40,361 nt of DNA from Catajapyx aquilonaris (Eukaryota), in NCBI GenBank assembly GCA_000934665.2, contig KZ538917.1:1-40361 (forward strand), given 5' to 3'. Position numbers and translations under genes: made by a program. Of this stretch, positions 1 through 9,022 are shown in pieces (the first letter of the stretch is position 1; the number at the start of each line of letters is the position of its first letter). The notes beneath the pieces are model-generated. The model worked only from the letters and a program-made list of their open reading frames with translations, was not told the DNA's origin and did not search any database.

Positions 1-783
1 TGTGCTTTTCGGCACAAACGGGCACAAACGAAGCACAAACGATTGCCATGAACGAAACAGAAATTTGCGAAAGTGTTCGGGCCAAGTCAACGGACGTAGG
101 AGAGCGGCGGGGACGACGCGACGATGACACATCGAGGGTGTTTGGAGTGAAGGGGCTTCCTTGGCGAAGCCCCAAAGTGAATAAGTGGTTGGTGGTTCAA
201 ACAATTAGATGCGGGCATGGGGCCCAATAATATTGTAACACATGGGACGGAACTTGTTTTGGGAAATCGCTCTTCTATTGTTACACCCTTTAATAATGTT
301 TATCACTATCAGGGGATACCTTTATAACAAGGTCGCAATGATTGGGATTAGGTGGGAATTGAATGCAGGATTTCTGGGCCGTGAATAAGCAATGCTTTAT
401 TATGCGAATGTTCAAAACTGACATCGTTTATTCATACGAGATGGCCTTGATACTTTAGATGTTTAGAACATTTCTACGTGGATTGCGGACCCATTACATC
501 CAACCGCATCGATCTTTATAAAATGGGTTTGCCCAGTTGTAACGGTTTGACCCTGACCACCCTATTGGTGGGGGCAGGGGGCACCAGTTCTTTCACTCCC
601 AGCGGTTTTAGGTTGTAAAAGCCTAAAAGCCAGTCTGTACTCAGCTTGTGACCTGGAAGGTCCAATAAATACCAGTGCTCAAGGAACCCACCTAGTTTTC
701 TTGGTATGAGCTAGCTAGGGGCGGACCCGGGGCGAACCCTGGGTCGTCACACAGTTTTTTAGATTTGGTCCCACTGTGGGTCC

Positions 784-849
784 CAATGGGGTAAAAGCAG
801 CCTCCCCTGCTGTATGTATGCTAGGGGGAGGCTGCATTTACCCCCATTG
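784..849. repeat. Imperfect inverted repeat (fold-back, about 25-bp arms), probably a MITE remnant
   Basis: Left arm caatggggtaaaagcagcctcccct (784-808); the reverse complement of 823-849 is caatgggggtaaatgcagcctccccct; spacer about 14 nt. Confidence 0.6.
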
Positions 850-1352
850 ACTCTCTCAATGTCCAAATGTCCAATAGGTAATCCAAAGTCCATATTGGAG
901 CAGCATATAGGACTATACTGGAAGAATTTGGGAATTAAAAATAAGTTTCATTGTTCTGCAAAGTTACGAATTCTTAGTTTAGTTAATGTGGGTCAGAGAA
1001 TGATATATTTATCAATGTTATGCCTTTCGTGCATGTCATATCTTTCATATGCCTGAATGTTGTATAAGGTGCGTTCAAATGAAACATAAACATGGAATTA
1101 ATATCTCAGGAGCTATTTGTCTCAGCTGAGTGCTAGTGATACGTATCTCTGAGTATGGTTGTACTTACATGGCTCATTTTCATGCAGAGTAGTTATTAGT
1201 AGTCAGTATACATGTAGTGGACAGGGGAGCAAATGTAAACTCAAAAACTAAAGTTATAAATATGTAGCCTAGTCTACTGATTATATTTCAGGCACACGTT
1301 TTAGGATATGTGTATAAGTGAATCACTGCACCTAAAACAAAATAATTTATAT

Positions 1353-1436
1353 TTAATTTGTCTATTCTTGTATAATGTCTGTAAGGAACGCCACTGCCTT
1401 TCAATTTCACCATTAAAAAATTTCAATACACACATA
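1353..1436 (-). pseudogene. Relic fragment of a GR exon 1
   Basis: Aligns by eye with 3291-3372 and 6643-6724. Minus-strand reading MCVLKFFNGEIERQWRSLQTLYKNRQIK versus GR ICVLKNFNGEIERQCRSLQTSAKNRQIK. Confidence 0.8.
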
Positions 1437-2325
1437 TACACAGATGATATTATGTGTGTATTGAAATTTCACTGTGGCACGTCATCCATATCCATATGAA
1501 TATTTTACCACGAGGACATGATTTTCGTGATCTGTAGAATAAACCTTTGATTTTCTGCAGACAGGTGAGAACAAGGAACCGCAACCAGCTTTTTTTATAC
1601 TTAAAATCATGGCTTTTCCTTAAATTCTAGACGCACAGAACGAAATAGAGATTACTGTGTTTTATTTCGATGTATAGCCTATAGGGTATGTATAAGGTAC
1701 GACAGTATTAATTTATTGCCACTCTTTCCTCTTAACACTAGCCCAAATCAATGTATTTCCAAAGTACGGTATATTCTAAGCTTGTACATAACAATGGAGA
1801 AAGGTGTAGACTGTAGAAGCCCAGAGTCCCATCAAAATGACGGAAAATATTTTGTCCATCAAATATGACTATGGAGGTTTTGGATTTGGTAACTGCGTGC
1901 CCAAAGGAATCACATGCAGACACGTAATAATGTACAGCACAGCACATCAGAGAGTCTACACTATACAGTAGCACCCAAATATTCCCAATATTGTAAAACT
2001 ATTACAGGCTACCGGGATCAGAAAATGCATCTTTAATCATCAGTTAGGCAGTTAAGTGGTGTTGATTCGACCTTGGACATAGTATGAAAGTCATAATTCA
2101 TAAATGTATTTTCACATACATGTTGTAAAACAGAGCAGAATATAATGTTATAACTTAATGATACTCTTGGTATATCACAATGGTTTTGTGAAGTGGTTTT
2201 ATTTAGAGATAATACACAGTCACACTGTATGGAAAACAAAGACAAAATAATAATTGTGACTCCACAGGAGCAGGACGACCATCTGACATTATGAATTCTT
2301 TGACTCGGCAGTACATGATCTAATA

Positions 2326-3987
2326 TCATTTTTCCTCCGCCGCTGCTGCGTCTTCCGTATCAGCACTTTTGAATTGTGCAAGAACTATGAGGTATGTCGT
2401 CACAGCTGCGGACATCTGAAAATCAAGCAAGCGCAGATAAGAATCGGTGATGCAAGACATTCACCATAATACTTACGGAGGTTATTAGGCCACGGTTTAT
2501 ATCAAAGAAATGGGCTGCACTTATTTGTATGGGATGGTCCATTTTGTGAATAAGGGCTTCAATCTGATAAAATAACAGGTGCACTTAAAATAACAAATAT
2601 CCCTTAGTTTGTCGAAAAAATATAAAAGAGCTCACCCACATACAACGTTTACTATTATGAGAGTATGGCGCAAATGTCTATTTACCTCAAACAAAAACTT
2701 ATTAGTAGGCTATACAGGGTGTATCAGAGTCACGTGACTCTGATACACCCTGCATACTGCTAGTATGTTTCACTAAAAAGTAAGAATCACTTAAGACTAT
2801 TATTCCAAATTGGATGCCTATAAACATTAGGGAAGCCTGTATTTCAGTAGGATGAAGTTATGCTTACCTCCGATTTAATGTCAGGAGCTACTGACAGTCT
2901 ACTGGCCTGAATGAGGTGCTTAAGTGACATTGTGCTCTGAAAAGAATTTCAATTGTTCTTTTAGATAATTACTTAGCCTCTTGCCGGGCGTACTGTACGA
3001 GCGAAACTGTACCTGTCGTGATATGGAACCCAAAATAAGAGTAAACACAATCACTCTTAATATTGTAAGCTTGATGATGAATATAAAAAATACAGTCACA
3101 ATCAATTGTTTATCATAAGATGACACAAAAAGGAGAAAAAATATTTCACTTATGATCATTGTAATGAATATTAGGTAATTTGATGCGATGAATATCCCGT
3201 AAGTGTTTTCCATGCTATCAACTAAGTCGCATACTTCATAAAATGTGTCGGCCAATGAAGATATTTCCCCCACTATTATGGATCTTTCCTTAATTTGTCT
3301 ATTCTTGGCGGACGTCTGCAAGGACCTGCACTGTCTTTCAATTTCACCATTAAAATTTTTCAATACACATATGATAATAAGGGCCTCAAGTAGAATCAAA
3401 GCAGGAATCAAGTGCAGCAAAAATGAGCAATGCAATTTAAAAATCATATAGAATAAATAGTGCTTCATAAAAGGCTTTCCTTCGAAACCGTAATAAATAA
3501 ATTCGTCAATGTTCTCAATAATAGGTAATGAGAAGCAACTGGCAACTAGCAATACGGAATATCGTCGCAAATTGTTCTTTTGCAGGTTCACTTTCAGTTG
3601 AGAAAATTTGTGGATCAGTTTCCAAATCTGAGAAACTTGGAATTGTAGGAGCACATAGTTAGTCCAAGGACCCGCTGCTAAACACACAAACTGAATGAGT
3701 TCACTTGTTCTTTCTGTTGGAGTCATGCTCTTGAGTGCAACAAAAAACTCTGGTGGTTGAATGCTAAATACAATGACGTAGGTGACAAGCAAGTTCAGGT
3801 GAAGTAGAAGAGGCCACCGCTGATACCACTTCCATGGCATGTCCTCTAATTTCCTCGGCCAAGGATACGGTGCCATCCCTCCGAAGACCAAAGCTTTGGT
3901 CATGGGACTGAACACGTTCCAAAATGCTTCTTTGTCTCCATCTTCATCACTCACTTGTTGAAAGGGAATCACTTGATCAACAGCCAT
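2326..3987 (-). CDS. Gustatory receptor (arthropod 7TM GR family), intact, about 396 aa; exons 3013-3987, 2868-2906, 2477-2563, 2326-2415
   Basis: One long hydrophobic first exon followed by three phase-0 GT-AG introns near the C-terminus, the typical arthropod GR layout. The spliced end reads ...ISRQ|ASRLSVAPDIKSE|IEALIHKMDHPIQISAAHFFDINRGLITS|MSAAVTTYLIVLAQFKSADTEDAAAAEEK*, including the TM7 signature TYhhhhhQF (TYLIVLAQF). Start taken at MAVDQ (3987), which is conserved in copy 2. Confidence 0.92.
2715..2752. mobile_element. Perfect 38-bp palindrome, a collapsed Tc1/mariner-type (CAGGGTG-ended) insertion in GR copy 1 intron 2
   Basis: cagggtgtatcagagtcac|gtgactctgatacaccctg, flanked by TA on the left and CA on the right. 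It is absent at the homologous position of copy 2 (about 6100-6110). Confidence 0.65.
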
Positions 3988-4295
3988 TGCACTTAAATGT
4001 ACGAAGTGCAGATTGAAGGAGGAACGCAAATGATCGCACAATGTAACATGGCACACCTTATTGTTTTTCTTTGTTATGACGAAATTCCCTAATGACCCAC
4101 GTGGGCTGTCACAGCGGATGAATGACATGTCTTCTTACCTTGAAGTATCGTCACATCACGCAGGTCGGTAATCAATCGACCTTTACAGTAAATTATCAAA
4201 AGTTCTAAGCAACAGCTTATTGGAAACAAACTAACAGTAACCGTAACCGAGAGATGCTAATTATACACCACACCATCCTAATTTTACTGGAGACT

Positions 4296-4325
4296 ATATA
4301 GCAGGTTACCCGGCGTTGCTCGGGT
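4296..4325 (-). mobile_element. Possible Helitron-like 3' terminus (short GC hairpin followed by a CTAG-like end)
   Basis: The minus strand reads acccgagcaacgccgggtaacctgctatat: stem acccg/cgggt, then CTAT rather than canonical CTRR. No 5' end was identified. Confidence 0.3.
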
Positions 4326-5730
4326 ATGTTGTGGTAGTGGTCAGGATATTAATAACTTATTATCAGATAGACAAAGTACCACCAATTAACACAGGCTCAT
4401 CATTTGGTGAACCGCATCGTATCCCGTAGATTGCTAGACCCATTTCGGATTCTTCTGAAAATAATCACAGCTGTACACACCTATGCCGTAACACTGCGAA
4501 TCAAGTTTGAGACAAATTGCGAAATACCATGGGGAGGGAAAATATCGCGAAATTTCGGAAACCAGGCCTTTTTTGGATAATTTTTTCCGGTTAGTGGAAG
4601 TGCCGTGGTCAAAACCCAATCAACATACGAGTACATATCAAATGAAAGAAAAACGCGAGGAGAATGCGCCTATGGAACTTGTTTTTCTCGAAAATGTAGC
4701 CTACCCGGAAAAATGTCGTATTTCATTGGTCACATGACAAAGTATTTAGACCCTAACAATTAGTGATATTTTTGCTCAAGAGCAGCCATATTTGGTGACA
4801 GGAGTAGTGACCCACACATGGTTTAATATATTAAGTTTCAAGTCTGGGTGATGCATATCTCGCGAGAAAATAATATATGGGTGATTCTCCAAAAACTGAT
4901 CATTTTCGAAGCAAAAATTAATGAATTTCAAAACTTGTTTTTAAAATGAGGAAAGGTTCACACTTACTCTATAACGACTTATGAGGTCACAAACAAGGGA
5001 AAAATACGGGGACTTAACTCTCATATTCCAAAGTGCTTGAAACCGGTTGTTCCTCATAATATTAGATCAAAAAGGGAAACTCAGTTTTTAAATATCCGTC
5101 CCCCAAGTAGTGAAAACCTGGGCTCAAAAGTCGAGAATCAGCAATTTTTTTGAACTTGAAATGGCCACAGCAGGCACTAAAAAGCGGCCGGAATTTTAAT
5201 TTTAATGTTTAATTTTTAAGTTTTTATAATTTTACAAAGAACCATGGGTTACGTTTAGCACCACAGTGTAATTTCCAGGTAAGTGTGTCGTAACCAAGAG
5301 ACTTGCTTGTGAAATAGCCTTTCTGCACCATAAAGTATTAATTAACCATGGATTACGTAAGGATCAATCGTAGTCCATAGGCTTTTGTACACTGACAAAC
5401 CCAAGGACACATTTTGATATATCATGTAGAATTGTGTAGATGATGCGCAATGCACGTCACCCATATGATTATTTTACCAGAGGACATGATTTTCGTGATC
5501 TGTTACGTTATAACTTGTGAAAGTACAAAGCATTAATGATTTACTCTAGGTATATAACAATGGTTTTGTGAAGTGGTTTTATTTAGAGATAATACACATT
5601 CACACGGCATGGAAAACAAGGACAAAATAATAATTGTGACTACACAGGAGCAGGTGCACGACCATCTGACATTATGAATTCTTCGACTGTAGTACATGAT
5701 CTAATATCATTTTTCCTCTGCCGCTGCTGC

Positions 5731-7326
5731 CTATTCCTTATCAGCATTTCTGAATTGTGCAAGAACTATTAGGTATGTCGTCACAGCTGCGGACATCTGA
5801 AAATCAAGCCAGCGCAGATAAAAATCGGTGATGCAAGACATTCACCATAATACTTACGGAGGTTATTAGGCCACGGTTTATATCAAAATAATGGGCTGCA
5901 CTTATTTGTATGGGATGGTCCATTTTGTGAATAAGCGCTTCAATCTGATAAAGTAACAGTTACACTTAAAATAACAATAATACCCCTTAGTTTGTGAAAC
6001 AGATATCAAAGAGCTCACCCATATACCACGTATATACTGTAATTATATAAAAGTATGGCTCGTATGTCTATTTACCCCAAATTAAAACTTATTAGTAGGC
6101 TAGAGTATACTGCTAGTATGTTTCACTAACAAGTAAGAATAGTACAGTATATCACTTAATCACAATGGTATGCCTAAATATTAGGGAAGCCTGATTTCAG
6201 TATAATAAAGTTATGCTTACCTCCAATTTAATGTCAGGAGCTACTGACAGTCTACTGGCCTGAATGAGGTGCTTAAGTGACATTGTGCTCTGAAAAGAAT
6301 TTCAATTGTTCTTTTAGATAATTACTTAGCCTCTGCCGGGCGTACTGTACGAGCGAAACTGTACCTGTCGTGATATGGAACCCAAAATAAGAGTAAACAC
6401 AATCACTCTTAATATTGTAAGCATGATGATGAAGATAAAAATTAGAGTCACAATCAATTGTTTATCATCATATGACACAAAAAGGAGATAAAATATTTCA
6501 CTTATGATCACTGTAATGAATATTAGGTAATTTGATGCGATGAATATCCCGTAAGTGTTTTCCATGCTATCAACTAGGTCGCATACTTCATAAAATGTGT
6601 CGGCCAATGAAGATATTTCCCCCACTATTATGGATCTTTCCTTAATTTGTCTATTCTTGGCGGACGTCTGCAAGGACCTGCACTGTCTTTCAATTTCACC
6701 ATTAAAATTTTTCAATACACACATGATAATAAGGGCCTCAAGTAGAATCAAAGCAGGAATCAAGTGCAGCAAAAATGAGCAATGCAATTTAAAAATCATA
6801 TAGAAAAAATAGTGTTTCATAAAAGGCTTTCCTTCGAAACCGTATAAAATAAATTCGTCAATGTTCTCAATAATAGGTAAAGAGAAGCAACCGCCAACTA
6901 GCAATACGGAATATCGTCGCAAATTCTTCTTTTGCAGGTTCACTTTCAGTTGAGAAAATTTGTGGATCAGTTTCCAAATCTGAGAAACTTGGAATTGTAG
7001 GAGCACATAGTTAGTCCAAGGACCCGCTGCTAAACACACAAACTGAATGAGTTCACTTGTTCTTTGTGTTGGAGTCATGCTCTTGAGTGCAACAAAAAAC
7101 TCTGGTGGTTGAATGCTAAATACAATGACGTAGGTGACAAGCAAGGTCAGGTGAAGTAGAAGAGGCCACCGCTGATACCCTTCCATGGCATGTCCTCTAG
7201 TTTCCTCGGCCAAGGATATGGTGCCATCCCTCCGAAGACCAAAGCTTTGGCCATGGGACTGAACACGTTCCAAAATGCTTCTTTGTCTCCATCTTCATCA
7301 ATGGGAATCACTTTATCAACAGCCAT
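5731..7326 (-). pseudogene. Gustatory receptor paralogue with a 1-bp frameshift (pseudogene, or assembly error); exons 6365-7326, 6221-6259, 5858-5944, 5731-5796
   Basis: Near-identical to copy 1 with the same splice sites. Copy 1 has AAG TGG TAT (KWY); copy 2 reads AAG GGT ATC (one base missing at about 7179-7180), giving TGA at 7147-7149. It also has a 12-nt in-frame N-terminal deletion (VIPFQQVSDE to VIPIDE) and GAC changed to TAG in the last exon (ends QFRNADKE*). Confidence 0.85.
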
Positions 7327-7579
7327 TGCACTTAAATGTACGAAGTGCAGACTGACCGAGGAACGCGAATGATCGCACTATATGTATCAAGGCACACCCT
7401 GTTGTTTGTCTTTGTTGTGACGAAATGCCCTAATGACCCACGTGGGCTGTCACAGCTGATGAATGACATGTCTTCTTACCTTGAAGTATCGTTACATCAC
7501 GCAGGTGGGTAAGCAATCGACCAAATCTCATGTGGCTATAATTATTGCAAGCAATCAGCCAAAGTTTGTCATTATGTCA

Positions 7580-7632
7580 CCCCTCCGAAGACCAAAATTT
7601 TGGCCATGGCCACTGAACACCTTCCAAATTGC
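7580..7632 (-). pseudogene. Relic of the 5' coding part of a further GR copy
   Basis: ccctccgaagaccaaaattttggccatggccactgaacaccttccaaattgc versus copy 2 ccctccgaagaccaaagctttggccatgggactgaacacgttccaaaatgc (7228-7278). Confidence 0.75.
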
Positions 7633-9022
7633 GTCATTAGCACTATGAATATGTACTTTTTTGTTTAAAATGTTTAAAATTAAAATTGAAACATTCTAAC
7701 CCAATAAAACTACACATTCAAAATTGACGTTACATAATACCAACAATATTATTTGCTTTTCAAAATGAATAACCACTAAGCTACATGTCAAAATTATTTA
7801 TTTCACAGGTTGCTGTATTCCAATTTACATCATTGTATGGATAGTAACATAATAAAACCAGAAGCTTTTTGAGTCGAATTGGAAATGTCATTAAAATACT
7901 GCAAGGTCATAAATACATAATAATAACAAGGTCAAAGTATAATTTTAGAGATGTTTAACCAAATAAATATATTATATAGAAAATAAAATTATACTAATAA
8001 GTTGCCTACAAAGAACCTATCTGAATCCAAAGATCACCGGCAATCATAATTAGTAGAAGGCTATCTTTGGATCCAGATGAGAGGCAGTTCATAGTTAGTG
8101 GGCCACTAATTCCTATCAGTAATATCAAAGCGGTAATTTATTCTTACATTGTAATAACTAAAACATGGTGCGAGATTACGTGTTGGCAATGAAGTTAATG
8201 GACGTCGCGTCGTGGCTGCTCCCCACATTTTCCGTAGCTGTTACGTAATTTCAAAACAACTAGTATAACGTGCTACATACGGCTTGAACCTACAGATGTG
8301 ACAATCAGCAGCAATAATATAACTTAACAACAAGTTTGTCAATTGCAAATATAAATTTTTCTCTAGTCAAAAAATCAACTTATGACGCACCAGGACTTGA
8401 ACAGATATTTGAATCTGCAAAATAACAATTTTTACGCATTTGTATTCAATTTTTTTTTTATAAGCTGAATGTTACAATAGTGGCAGGGTTTGATAGTACG
8501 TTATTTTCATGAGATGTAAAATTAATTTTTAAGGTAATGGTTTCCTGTGGAATACCGTACTGTGCTAACTTACAAAAAAAAATTGCTGGTTTTCCAACAC
8601 CTCTATACTTTTATTGTTTTTGTCTTTATTGCTTTACCAGTGCAAGCGACACATTTAAAAAAAATTAAAGCAGTGTGTAGGATAAACATGTAAAATGAGA
8701 GTCATTAAAAATATCAAAGCACTCGTGATAGAACACCCCCCACTCGTACTGTCTCTAAAACATAAGGCAGACATTTAAATGCAAAATCCATAAATGGAGG
8801 CAAATGCTGCGTTTAAAAAAATTAATCGCCTATTCTGATTGCGTGGCGTAACTGGCTCTGAAGAGCGAAATTATATGCAAAGCAAAAAATTGTTCTCTGT
8901 AAATCCTCTTCTCAGTAGGACCCATAACATTGTGACCAGTCCTCAGACACTGTCCTCACCGTTGGCAAACAATACGGCACTCACTTTAATCCCACGGAGG
9001 TTGACTCTGTCAAAAGGTCAAG

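Noticed and set aside
1..230. 60-aa ORF, short gcacaaacg repeats and a ggggcttc/gaagcccc hairpin
   Set aside because: No recognisable protein; probably the end of a repeat cut by the window edge, and it cannot be classified.
3245..3451. Identical 68-aa plus-strand ORFs (also 6597-6803)
   Set aside because: Antisense shadows of the duplicated GR exon.
2920..4128. 402-aa single-exon ORF taken as the complete protein
   Set aside because: It runs through the donor at 3012 into the intron; the true C-terminus with the TYLIVLAQF motif is in three downstream exons.
4879..5143. gggtgattctc ... gagaatcagca as possible TIRs
   Set aside because: Only 9 of 11 bases match and there is no TSD; too weak.
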